A stretch of DNA of 63,573 nt, counting the filler, from Hausera hauseri (Eukaryota): assembly GCA_046269625.1 (NCBI GenBank). It is 13 parts of 13 records of this genome, joined end to end, with 100 filler letters (N's around TTAATTAATTAA, not from the genome) between each part and the next. Parts side by side here need not be neighbours in the genome. Positions count along the whole stretch, not along the records: positions 1 to 4,026 come from JBJURY010809976.1; positions 4,127 to 8,911 come from JBJURY010436583.1; positions 9,012 to 14,586 come from JBJURY010227407.1; 10 more parts are not named here. One strand, written 5' to 3'. Under the pieces are notes generated by a model. The model was not told the origin of the DNA. It was given only the letters and a program-made list of their open reading frames with translations, and ran no database searches. Numbering within the stretch: the first letter of the stretch is position 1; each line of letters starts with the position of its first letter. The translations under genes and the position numbers were made by a program. This document shows, piece after piece, positions 1 to 12,900 of the stretch.

Positions 1-1479
1 TTAACAAATTATTTAAATCGTAACATCACTCCCTTTCTACGAAAGATGTCGGTACCGTCTGTTTAGGAGTATAAAAACCTCTTTTCGTGGGTTTCGTATT
101 CGGTTCTTTTTTATTCTAAACAAATTCGATCATCATCGGTATTTCACAAATTTTCGTATAAGTCTTCTATGTAACCTGATTGACCATCCCCCACCTCTAG
201 TGAAATTGTGGTTTCTTCGTCAGTATTTTCCAGCTGAAAATATGGTGTAATACCTATAGTTTTATCGTCAGTATTTTGCGAATCTTCTGCTGAATTTCGA
301 TTAAATAGTTTTAAGTACTAATATAAGTTGGCCTTTTACAGCTACCAAGTGATCAGGGTGTCTAACCTCCAATATTGTATAAGAGCCTTCGAATATATTT
401 CCGTATTTTTTATTTCACCGGTTCTGAAAACTATATTTAAATATTCAACTCGCCTTTTCAATTATTTATTTAAACAAATTATTAAAATCGTAACACATGT
501 TAGTATCAAACTAATGTTCCTTTTTAGCAGATTACGATTTTGTACCAATGTCTAATGTCAAGATCATGAACTCAGTTTTCATAAAAACTATTAGTTGCGA
601 ATATTTATGATGGTACTTCTCAAATATTTGGTCTCATATATTCTTAAATATTTCCAAAGGTATTTACTGATTCTCGTCCATTCTGATAAATTTCTCAATT
701 TGCCATTGACTTATGCAAATTATTCTTTCAATATTGGAACAAATGAAATTTATTATTAAGCAGAACGTTCGGAATTAAAGTTTCACTTTGAAACCCCTAT
801 GAAATGAAAATTACTGAACCAAAATTTATCATATTTGAAACTATCAAAAAAGATATCATGGGATTTTACATCGTGCAAATAATAGTTCGAAAAGTCATAA
901 CTCACGAGCAGCATTCGAATGTACGCGGGAGACTTCAATTGAATTTCCATGACCAGTGACTATACGAACTTTTCTATAAACATTTTGATAAACTTTCTTA
1001 ACCTGACTGGAAAAGCCTAAAATTTTATGATTTTCAAGATAAACATAGCCCCCATATTAAAAGTCAACTAATGATATTTAACCGATATTTTATTTATTTG
1101 TATCGCTGAATACTATGTTTTTGTCACCCTGATTCTACCAGAGGGATACTGTGCATAAACTGAACTATTTTACGTATATTTCTGGCGACAGAGCGGGATT
1201 CGTTAGATGATTTTGATTGCTCAGCATGTTCGAACCCTTGTTGACTTGGTTCTCTTGTTCTATGTGCGAAGTCAGTAGAGAGAATACCCGATGACCAAAT
1301 TTCGTCATTTGAACAAAAATTGTTATTTAAACTCTCGTAATTCGCTTCGGGTGTAAAAGTTGGATTTGTTGCATATGCATTTTGAATTAATACTTGTCTC
1401 GGTGAATCCGGCTGAAATGGATTAAAGACTATCCAATAAATGTTTGTGTTCTGTCATTTCAATTTCATTTACTGTATTT

Positions 1480-3300
1480 TGGATAATCGGTTTGATGTTT
1501 GACATGTGAATGGTTATTTCTTTTCCATCACTGAGTGTTTTTCTGTTGTGTGAATGTAATTCGATCAGTTTATACGGCCCAATAAACGCAGGTTGATACG
1601 CGTGTTGTGACTGGTTACTTACCCAGACGAACTTACTTTCATAAAGTTTCTTTGGTAAAAACGTCTTTTCCTAGTATAATACTGTACAAAATCTATCATT
1701 ATCGAGGTCGGTAAAATGTTGCCTAGCTGTATTAATGATATGAACTGTAGATGTCCCTACGCTCTGCGCAACATCAAATAATGCCCTGATTGACGTCCTA
1801 AACAAGGTTTGTACTGGTGAACAATCAGTTGATGTTGATGGAGGTATTTCTCAAACCCGAAAGAATTAATGGGGGCGTTGACATCTAGTTTGAATTGGTT
1901 TCAGCGAATATTTTAATGACACATTCTGTGTCCTTGATCGGTAACGGTATGTTTAGGAGAAAATGAAGATTTGGTGATTTAAGATTTTTATTTATTTTAA
2001 ACTTTTAAAAAGCTACGCAATTCTCTACCCAGCTTTGATCACGTTATTGCACTGAAGGCCAGATAACTTAGTTGCTTAAAAGATTGTAAGTGTTTTACTC
2101 CTGGATGATGTAATCTATATACGTTATCAGATGCCTCCTTTCGAAAGGACTCATGCAGTATTGGTCTTGTCCGGCCATGAACAAATGTATCGAAATATAC
2201 ACCGTTTAAACAGTTGATAAATTTGAATTTACTTAAATCTTCCTTTGAGAGCTGTTTTTCTCGAAGTTCGTCTGCGACATTATCGAAAGAAAATTTATGA
2301 GGCTTTAGGACGAGGTAAAAAATCGGCAAGAACGTTCTGTACTCCCGAAATACGCACAATGTTGAAGTGGAAAGTAAATAGGTACAAAATTTGGAGTTTC
2401 TGTCTAAGTGAAGGTTGTTTCATGTTAAGCATATACAGGAGCGGTTTATGATTGAAGTGTTCAACTGTCATCACTACAGCCAACAATTCTCGATCAAATG
2501 TTGAGTATCTAAGTTAGACTTCAGTAAAATTTTTGGAGAGGAATTGTAAAGGTTCGTTTTGACCATTAACTTCTTGGTGAAGTACGGCGCCCACTGCGAC
2601 GGCTGATACATCAGTAGTAAGAAATAATTTTGCGCTTGGAACTGAAAATGCTAATAATTCTACTTTCTGTAATTTATCTGTGAGATCATGAAATTCCGCT
2701 TTCAGTGCCTGAGTCCATTTTAATGTTGCTCGTTTCTTTCCTGGACTTAAAATTTACAAGTTTGCAGTTAATGCTGAACAGTTTGGAATGTACCTGCGCA
2801 CAAAATGAAATGATCTTAAAAATCTTCGGAGTCTCGTCTTTGTTGCAGGCTGAGACATTTTTAATATGCGTTAAGAGACTTGGAAGAGGTGAATGACTTT
2901 TTGCGGAAATTACATGACCAGGAAATTTTACTTCTCTCAGTTGAATTGAAGATTGTAGGCTTTAAAACGTTTTAAAACAAGTTGCAAATGTTGTTCGTGG
3001 TCATTTTCGTTAAGTGACGCGATAAGTATATTGTCAATATATGGATTTGCAAATTGAAGGCCAGAGAGAACATCAATGTTGCGCTGGAACGTTTTTGCTG
3101 CCTTGGCATGAAAAAATATTCAAACAGTCCAAGAGGTGTAATCATCGCTGTTTTAGGAATATCATTACTAGCAATTGCAATATGATGATAAGCTTTTTTG
3201 AGGTCTATTGTTGAGAAAATTCTTGATTCTGACAATAATTAGAAAATATCTGATACTAGTGGAAATGAATACGCATCCGAAACAGTTGCATCTCTGACAA
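1480..3300 (-). mobile_element. pol: Degenerate Ty3/Gypsy (CsRn1-like) pol: RT, RNase H, integrase with GPY/F tail
   Basis: FSTIDLKKAYHHI...DIPKTAMITPLGLFEY (RT); STFDRELLAV...ISGVQNVLADFL (RNase H); HHPGVK (INT Zn finger); QPAFIGPYKLIE tail; many stops and frameshifts. Confidence 0.9.
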
Positions 3301-4026
3301 GGACCATCACCTTACTGCAAGTTGGAGTTTTACACGGTATACAAGTTCTGCACGTCCAAAAGTTTATGCTGATTAATAAGAAGAAAAAAAAAATTGTAAA
3401 AAATAAAAAGATTATGCTATATTGGCTTCCAAACGTTACATCAATATGAATAAATAAAATTTTTGATACTTTTCGACCAGTAGTGTTTTCTTGATGTTTT
3501 ATGGACCTCATAAGTAAATAGATAGGACGACATGATGCCAATCCGTACCCCCACCCCTCTTTAGTTAAATTTATGCGTTAAAACAAGTAAATTTGACGAT
3601 TAGGAGAACGAAATTGGTTTTTTTCCTTTTCTCTCGATTGGGTGATTCGGAATTTTTACTTATCGCTTACTCCGATCACATGACGTCATTTAAGGTCAAG
3701 GCCATTGGAGGTCAAGATCATTTGAGGCTTATGAATAACGTATTTCGAACAACAATATTTTATAGTGTTTTAAAATGTCGTTGGCCAATGGTAATCATCA
3801 GTCGACACATACATATCGTTGTGATAATGTAATAAATATTCATATTTTATTATGGCCTTATTTGGCAGTTTGCTTAAATTCATCAACATAAGTGTGAGGA
3901 GGAACTGAAACATATATTATCGTTTAAATGTAATTCAAAGATAATTCAATAAATAGCCAAGAGAAAATCAGGGAAATCAGAAAAGAAGGAAAATAAGACT
4001 CATTTCCCGAGTGAAGGAGATAAATG

Positions 4027-4126
4027 NNNNNNNNNNNNNNNNNNNNNNNNNNNNNNNNNNNNNNNNNNNNTTAATTAATTAANNNNNNNNNNNNNNNNNN
4101 NNNNNNNNNNNNNNNNNNNNNNNNNN
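4027..4126. other. Artificial contig linker N44-TTAATTAATTAA-N44 (also at 8912, 14587, 19704, 25975, 31723, 35779, 39961, 45044, 49110, 54461, 58825; each 100 bp)
   Basis: Identical 100-bp spacer with six-frame stop seen 12 times; adjacency across it is not biological. Confidence 0.99.
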
Positions 4127-6244
4127 AGTCCACTTCCTGAGCGACTAGAAACCATCAAACAAATACCGAAGCCATCCACAGTGACTGGACTTCGCAGCTT
4201 CCTCGGCACGATCAATTTCTGCCATCGCTACATTCCGAATTGTTCGGAAATCCTGTTACCTCTATCTGCTCTAAGCCAAGGACCCAAGAAATCCCAGGTA
4301 AATTGGACAGATGAGGCTGAACAAGCATTTGCCAATGCAAAAATGGCGCTTCTACACCTACATACACTACACTATTCTAAACGATATGCACCATTTATCT
4401 TAACAACAGATGCATTCACAATCGCTGCAGGCGTCATGCTTGCTCAATCAATTGATAGCAAAATGCTCCTATTCAATTCTTTTCCCACAAATTCAATTCG
4501 GCTAAGCAACGCTTTTTAACCTTTGACCGAGAATTACTAGCCATAATCCTCAGTGTCAAACACTTCTGACACTTCCTCGAAGGAAATGTTTTACAATCCG
4601 TACCTATCATAAACACTCATTCACATGATGAGTATGAAGAACCCATCCCCTCGTTAAGAGCGGCACATTTTATTTCTATCGGAATTCTCATTCCAGATAG
4701 AACACATAACTGGAAAAGATAACACAGTTGCTAATTTCATTTCCAGAACTGGGATATCGACAATATCCTTTGACCCAATTTTCACGGAATAGGTTCTCCG
4801 TTAGAACCCTCCATATGAAGACGATCATACGTTCTTCAACACAGTCGACACAAAGGATGGAATACACTACAATACCATCCTCAATGGTTGTCCACGCCCA
4901 ATTCTGTCAGCAAGCCTATGGAAACAGGCGTTTGACACCATTCACAACATCCATCACCCTGGATCAAAAGCCACAGCTCGATTATTAAGCAGCAGAGTTT
5001 GTTGGCCTCGCATGTTAAGCGACATAAAGCGGTGAACAAAAGAATGTTCACTTTGCCAACAGTGCAAAGTCAACAAGACCCTACAACCCCTAATTTTACA
5101 CTATACTACTGGCTCACAATTTGAAACCATCCACATGGATATAGTAGGACTAATTCCCGAATGTAACGGATATCAGTATATCCTAACCATTCTAAACCGG
5201 AAAACAAGATGGCCCAAAGCCATTCCAATCCGCCAAATAAAAATGCAAAGCGTTGTAACTGGATTGCTTAACACATGGATTTCTCTATTCGGAGTACCCA
5301 GAAACATTATAACAGATCAAGGTATTCAATTCGAGTCAGCCATGTTCAAGCAGTTAACCAAATCGCTTGGTTCAAAGCATATTCATACATCACCCTACCA
5401 TCCGCAGGCGAATGGTTTGATCGAACCATTTCATCGTACACTCAAATTATTCCTACGCATCCTATACCACGAAAACAAGAATTGGCTGGATGCATTACCC
5501 ATCGTGCTATTAGGATGGAAAAACACTCCTAACACTATCACCGATGCCTCTCCGGCACAACTATTATTTGATGCCCACCTTACATTTCCACAAGATCTGG
5601 TGAGCAACGAGGAAGTAACTTCAATTCCTGCTCTCAACCAAGCCCGGAAGCATTTCCTGTCAATAGACACAAACCCTGCATTCCACAACAATCACAAGAA
5701 ACCAATCATGCCAAAGAACCTACGAGATGCGCCTTTTGTCTTGTTGAAAAGCCAACAGAGACACGATTTTCAACCGTACTATACGGGCCCCTACAAGCTC
5801 ATAGAAATCACTGAGCACAACGCCAAAATAATACGCGACAGTGAGGAACATATAGTCCACTTGTCGAACGTAAAACCCGCATTTGGCTATCACTATTCCA
5901 ATACCGAAGATCCTATAGAACAAAACACACCAAACATGTCAGAAGTAGAAAAGATTCGAGAAAACTACGCCAGAATTAATCCATTCAATATGGACACTAC
6001 AGTAGCCTATGACCCAACCCCGATTCAAACGGAAACAAACATTTCCCCAACGCCCATACTTCCGAAACGGAACGTACGACCATACGTAGCCAAATCCCTG
6101 CAGCACCGGTATCGAGTCGCATCAGGAGTGCATCAAAGATACCTCGACTCCAGTAAAACCCTACAGGTTCAAAAGAAAGAGTACCCGATTGCATGCAGCA
6201 TGCACATCGCATCAAAGCAGGTGGGGATCAAACCCACAGTGTAG
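4127..6244 (+). mobile_element. pol: Degenerate Ty3/Gypsy (CsRn1-like) pol, RT thumb to integrase; same family type as contig 1
   Basis: LRSFLGTINFCHRYIPN, TTDA, TFDRELLAI, HHPGSK, HMDIVG, IITDQGIQFES, TSPYHPQANGLIE, QPYYTGPYKLIE; frameshifted upstream of 5135. Confidence 0.92.
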
Positions 6245-6718
6245 AATAGACACTCGCTCATACCGCTTTTAATAAGCGACGAACACACCACAGACAACCA
6301 GGCGAAGCATTAGCAGCTCGCTGAGAAGTCGAACAAATTTCGATTTGACACGGTTAAAACCGTTGTCCCACTACGAATTTGCATTGTGCACAACCCCTTT
6401 GTAATGTCATTTCGTCGCCAAGCGCTTAACACAAAACCCATCGACACGCCCCACCTCGATACCATTCACTCGCATGCCTGGTTGCACGCAACGTGGACGC
6501 TGCACCAAAACAGGTGGGGATCGAACCCACAGTGCCGATACCGGCACTCACTCGTGACGTTTTTCATGGGCGGAAATTGCGCTCCATGCAACCATACAAT
6601 GTGCATAATTACAAACATTTCAAACATCTATATTTTAAAATCTCCATTTAACATTTTAATATAACATTTTATCAGTGGGAGAAAAAATTGAAAACAACCT
6701 TTCTGGGCGGTGACTTAA

Positions 6719-6743
6719 AAGGTTGAGAAGCACTGCTTTACAG
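6719..6743. mobile_element. Right terminal inverted repeat of a hAT (Charlie/Buster-type) element followed by a candidate target site
   Basis: AAGGTTGAGAAGCACTG (reverse complement CAGTGCTTCTCAACCTT) followed by CTTTACAG, matching the NNNTANNN target preference. Confidence 0.55.
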
Positions 6744-7149
6744 TGTAGTGATTCATAATTTGTATATAACCGTCATACTTCATTTTTATATTAACGAATA
6801 AAATTGGAACTAACATTCTATACAAGCCAATAAAATTATTGCCTTTAAATTACTATTGCATTATTTTTTGTTTAGTAAAGCATCAACAAATTCCTTTGCG
6901 ATGAATAAACCTGACTTTGCGATGCACAAAAGGCCAGACATTAATGGTCGAAAGCCAGTGAAAACTTTGCATGTGGGAGGATATTCAAGAAGTGCTTAGT
7001 AATGACAAATTTAGCCTTGCTTGCAAAATGTTTTTTATTTTATAAAATGTTGAATAAAGTAGAAATCCTTATTTAAATTGAAATCCATCAAAGCCTTGAA
7101 CGGCAGAAAATGAATTGTGTTCCAGTCAAGCTCGACAAACATTTTGAAA

Positions 7150-7600
7150 TGAATTTAATTCGGCAAAGTATGACTCAATTATACCTATTTCTTTCTGAAA
7201 CCTTCTTTCTCGTACCATACAATAGGGAATTTCTAGATGTGAAACTCAAAATTTGAATTCGAAAGCTTGAATATCACATAAAGAAACTGTTTAAAATAAC
7301 GTTTCATTCATTTACTAATTCGTAAAAATACGTGGTGTATTGATATTAAACACAATATACATGCAAAAACATTGAAATATGACAAAATTCTCCATGTTTT
7401 TGTGGACATCCTTAATCCACACCCCATAAAATTCGTACTTAAAGTTGTTCCCACTTTCACAAAAATCCCCCTTATACTTAAGACGATATTTTACTAAAAT
7501 ATGTTCGTTTGATATTGCAAGAAAAGGTGCGTAAACTTCGATCAATAAATATTTGTGGGAAGAATATTGCAGAAGTACCGACAAAACATTTTTCTGTTTA
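7150..7600 (-). pseudogene. Possible highly decayed Maverick-type pPolB fragment
   Basis: DFCESGNNFKYEFYG resembles DGY..TNTVYEFxGC..HG; downstream RNSLLYGTR resembles R.AF.GGR; weak. Confidence 0.3.
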
Positions 7601-8199
7601 CTAAGGACGATAAAACACGTACAATAGTCAACACCACACTCTTGTATTATATTCGCCTAATGTTATAAATCATATTTTTATATTCTTCCGTCGTATTCTA
7701 GAATAATAACTTCCTGATTATTTAGGCAAATATCAACATATAAAGTACTTTGGCCATTCATAAAGAAGCTAATGGTGAGTTCGGATGGCGGTCCGGTAAC
7801 CCACGATTACCTGCGCCTGTTTCTCTATGAGGGTGATAACCTGCAACTAATGCACAACCAAAACAAGCAATAAGCCGAAGACTACTCTATACTATACTAT
7901 TTACCCTTGAGGCGAACTTCTTAATCGGGAGTCAACCGTCATGGAGCATAAAGTAGAGGTCTCGTCATACCCATTTGTCTCTAAGCAATTATCCAACATC
8001 TGATATCTAATTCATCTAATTTCAGATCACTCCTCATAGTCGAGAATCCATACGTCGTATCCATCTCTTATTCGATACTGCCTTTAAATGTAAACCCTGC
8101 ATGATCAAATCTCGTTATTTTTCTTCATTATCTATTACTATATAATACAACTATTTTTTCCGGGTCTTGTATGAAAGTGGATAATTATTCTACCCTTTC

Positions 8200-8720
8200 G
8201 ATTATTTGGGATCCTATAGTAGTAAACAGTTAATCAAATAAGGTTGCAAAATACACTCATAACCGTGGTCTTCAACAATCGACTATACAGAGGTTCTATC
8301 GATTTCGCCATATCTGGAGTTGTATTATGACCAGAAATCAAATCATGAATGTCGCAGATGTTTGAATATTTCATTCAACATTGGTGGAACCATTAACTTC
8401 CCGTTTCTCGGAGCACTTTCTGCACTTTCTTTTACGAGTTTTCGTTCACCCATAATTAAGTTCGCAACGCAATGGTCGGTTATATTCAAATCGCATCATG
8501 TTCATATTCCAAATTTTTCGATTGTCATTTTCTTTCAGTCGGTACACATATTCATCATCCTCATTGCAATCGTACAATTTCAGGTTTCACTTTTATCGAT
8601 TTTTCTCAGGTGTGAGCATACATTTTATTGACTCAGTTATACTATTGGATTTCCCTCGGATAATAACATCCAAGACTGTTTGACGTACCAAGTCTAATTG
8701 CTGATTATATTTTGTCGCAG
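8200..8720 (-). mobile_element. Possible decayed non-LTR retrotransposon ORF2 C-terminus (zf-RVT-like)
   Basis: LRKIDKSE..C.DC and IIQLQIWRNR fragments in broken frames. Confidence 0.3.
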
Positions 8721-9011
8721 TTCCTCTCATAAGCTATGGTATTTGCTAAGAAATATTTTTAACAATTCCTTTCAAGATTTAATTATTCGCACCAAAGTAG
8801 ACGCTATAATTTCAACTTATAACCGAATCATTCACTTAACGAAATCATATAGGTTAATTATCTGATCACCATATCATATGAATACTTACACCCATGATTA
8901 TTTTAGTAAAANNNNNNNNNNNNNNNNNNNNNNNNNNNNNNNNNNNNNNNNNNNNTTAATTAATTAANNNNNNNNNNNNNNNNNNNNNNNNNNNNNNNNN
9001 NNNNNNNNNNN

Positions 9012-9911
9012 TATTTGCGTCTCTTCCGAGAGTACGTCAAAAGGAGAATAAATCTCTTCTTTTATATAGTTGATTATGTCTTCATTCTGAGTTATTAAGT
9101 GTAAATAATGCTGATTAAGTTTTGGATCTTTAGCATAAATAGTCAAGTTCAACTGAACTGTAGTACTCAAATTTAACCATCCCGCATCTTGTTCAAATCC
9201 TCTAACGAAGACTTGTTCTTCTCTTTTATCTTCTTGTACTCTTTTACGTTCGTAATTCTCTATTTGCCGGGATAATGGTAAGTATGAGTCTAAGGTGAGA
9301 CTTTGTGGTTTATTTGCTTCTGCTCGTTTAACTCAATGGTTGTCTACGTGGTCACTGTCTTTCTTTTTGCAGTCGAGTGGTAACGGTTTATTTATCATTT
9401 TTTCCTTTAATCGTGTTGTGGTTTGGCGTCTTATTAATTTTGGTTCAATAGTTGAGACTTCTTCTATTATAGTATGTCCCTCAGTTGGAGTAATATCTTC
9501 CTCAGCATTTGATTGTTCATTTGTTTTCATATGGAACATTAAATTAATGAATACTAGCAATATCAACCAAGTCGACGAACTTTCTTGTATAACGTTCGGT
9601 ATTGTTGGAGCGGCTTCCGCTGTTCCAAATAATATGAACGGTATAATGAATAAAATCAGTACTGAATAGATATTTCCGTTATTAATTGTGTTCAACTGAT
9701 TTCCGTTTGACGATATCTGTTCGTTTAATCTTTTCTCTTGATTAGTATTTGAAGTACCTAACTCGGTAGGTTCGAATTCATTTGTATTGATGTTGGTACT
9801 ATCTATTACTTGATTGAAAAAATCATTACTTTCAGATTCTGATAATAGATCGTCGCTTTCTTTTCTATACTGTGCATCCGTGTATTCCTCCATTCTGGAA
9901 AATTTTGTATT
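9012..9911 (-). CDS. In-frame continuation of the 1510-aa ORF (186-aa and 68-aa ORFs), interrupted by single stops at 9912-9914 and 9333-9335
   Basis: Starts 14444, 9893 and 9170 are in the same frame; the intervening codons are open (NTKFSR; VKRAEANKPQSL...); contains a signal+TM hairpin. Confidence 0.7.
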
Positions 9912-12900
9912 TTAATGTAAATTTAGGATTCGCTCATCAAGAGCATTCGGTTTTCGGAGGCTCCTTGTCGTAACTACTGCTGTTTCTTTACTGTTACCTA
10001 TCCTTTGTCTGCAACTGTTTATTATTCTTTTTCTTTCTACTTTAAATGGTTTAGCTATTTCGTCATTATCAGGTAGTTCACAAAATATTATATGATACCG
10101 TATTGCATTTAATTTGCCCGAAAATCCACTTGCATTTACTGTATCAAATTTATCTATATCCATATAAACCTCTGGGGTCAATATGGTGTTCACGTCTCGT
10201 TCTAAGTAATCATTCCATACTATCCGTGCTTCATCTTCCTCAAATAGTTTAATATCTTCTCGAATAAGATCATCCTTTATAGCCATAAGTGTGTAAGTCA
10301 TCCAGCAGTTAATCGCATAAGTTTCAAACTGGGAATTAATATTTAACTCCTCACCGTAGTATCTAAACAAATCCAAACATCGATTGGCTATCTTGGTTAT
10401 TCTTTTGGGTGTTCTACTTGCTATTAATTTCGGAGAGATTCTTCGGAGATAGTTAATTATACTAGTTGTAGGAAATGAATTAAATATACCAGTCACAGCG
10501 AATGATGGTGGTCTTCTTTGCAAAAATTGAGTAATTAGCATTCGTTCTCTTCGACTTCCAATAAATAAGGGTTGGTATTTATTTCTATCTCCGTACACTA
10601 TACTCTCTTCATATGTTAGACCGTGTTTTTCTATCAAAGAATCAAATGATCTAAGGCAGCGAATTGTCTGTGGTATAGAGTGAGTTTCTAATCGAACTTT
10701 TATTAGTGACTCATGTTTTGGATACATAGGTTCATTACCTAATATCCCCATCATCTCATTCCATGTCCCTATCACGACTTTAGTTGGTTGTAACCATACA
10801 GGTTGCAATTGTATCTCCGTTATAACTCGTTGTAGTAAACGGAATCCTTGATAGTATACCCTGGTTTGGAAATCGACCCATGGACTGAACTGCACATCAT
10901 CTATCGGGATCTTGTACGAGACGTACAAAAGGCTGGATATTAAAAGCAGCTGATAGTCATAAGTTGATTTCTTAAGATCTATTCCTGTTTCCTGTTTTAG
11001 TCTGTTAAAATATGACTCATATAAAATCATATATAATTTCATAAAGTTTTCTCTATCCGCATGGGGTAGTTGGTTTATACTGCCTTGCAGTAGTAGGCAA
11101 TTAACAATATCTCTGCATCGTTCTCTAGGTGTTTCCCCATATATTCGAAGTTTTGTATCAGGGTAATCCGGATAGAGTAAAGCGGCATACTCAGTTTTTG
11201 GTTCAATATCGTCTAACCAACGTTCGTTTCTATCAGCGATAATGCGTAGCTCTTTTATAGTGTTTGAGATATCTTTCTCTTCTGGACATATTCTTGTCGA
11301 ATTTACTGGAAAGTGTGTTGGTTGGTATACCAGTCTATACAATACTTGATTCATTTCTTCCCTTAATGATGGAATATTCGCTGGATTTATTCTTAAGGTA
11401 TTTACTATTCTAAAATAGGGAATCACTTCGTTAGCCATTGTATAATTGTGCCATCTTTCAGGGTATAATGCCTTCACTATGGTAGCTAAAATTGTCTTTG
11501 TCTCATATGTTGTTACTTTTGGTATTAGGTTAATATCTTCTCGTATTACCTTTATCAATTCTGGTGCTACATATTTCTTAATTTTGTATGATTCCTGTTC
11601 ACTTCCAATTTTATTTAATTCTTCCATAGCCTCCTGTATTGATTTAGGTAACTTTCTCCATTCTTCAGTGTCAGCATAATTTTCCTGTAATATTCCTTTA
11701 GGACAACTATATCTCCCTTTCTTCGAAGGAGTTTTATATGTAGAATTAACATCTTCCCAATCCTCTCTTTGATTTGGATATGGTAATCTTTTTTCTAAGT
11801 GAAAAGAGCATTCATGAAGTATATTCTCTTTCCTATATTCTGTCATTATGTGTATTAGACTAGAATAACCATCGCCAAATTGTGTTTGTTCTTCGTGCTG
11901 TTTCTCCGGTAATCGTTGATCTAGAGAAGGGTCTAGTTGCATTTCTACCGATGGTAATTTTGAAGATACTTCCTGAGTGTGGTCTTCTTCGTTCTTATTG
12001 ACTTTATCTTTCGTTTCTTTGTCTTTTGTCCAAAAATTTATTATGTCTGTTATTATGCGGAATGTTTTCTGTGACAATTCATCTTCCTGTATTTCTTGGT
12101 TACAAATGTATTCTTCACGCTCCCTTTTAAAAGGTTCAGCTAACACTTGATCGTTATTCAACATGCAAAACAACATTCTATATCGTAAAGCATTTAGATG
12201 GCCTGTCAATCCTTTTTCATTTATTTGTTCTAGCCGATTGATTTCAATATTATCTTCCTCTGTTAAGGGCGTATCTTCGTTCCTAAGTGCATAGCCGTTC
12301 CATAATATTCGAGCTTCTTCCTTTTCCATTTCTTCTATTTTTTCTTTCGTTAATTCGTCTTTTATTGGCATTACTACGTAAGTCAACCAACAGTTGACCA
12401 TGAATAAATCGGATGTTGTCCTATGTACCAACTCTCCTCCAAATCTCCTATACAACCCGATACATTTCTTTCCTATTTTCCTAGCTTTTTCCTGAGTTAT
12501 AAATTTTTCACATAATGGAGACGTTTGCCGCAATAACATAAACATATCTATGTTGGGTAGTTGCATCTTTTCGTCACTTGGAGTGTTAATAAAACGAATT
12601 CGGTCTTGTGCGCTACCAATAAATAGAGGCTTATACCTTCCTATATTCCTATAATCAGGATAATCTGATGTAGATGGAGTTTCTTTACACAATTCGGAAT
12701 TATTATTGTAGTTATAATATATTGATTCTAGTGTAGTAGGGATTCGATTTATTTGTGTTTCACTACACATCCTTAATGTCCTCACCAATCTGTCGTAATT
12801 CAGACATTCTCTGAGATAACCATAGGGAAATCGGAAAGAGGATTCCATTGCACTTACTTTAGGTTCGTTAATTATGAGAACTGTATTATCCATATTTCCA

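Noticed and set aside
540-1060. Possible MULE transposase remnant (PRT.N-like)
   Set aside because: Too decayed to support
4071-4082. Regularly recurring TTAATTAATTAA palindrome
   Set aside because: Assembly linker inside N runs, not biological
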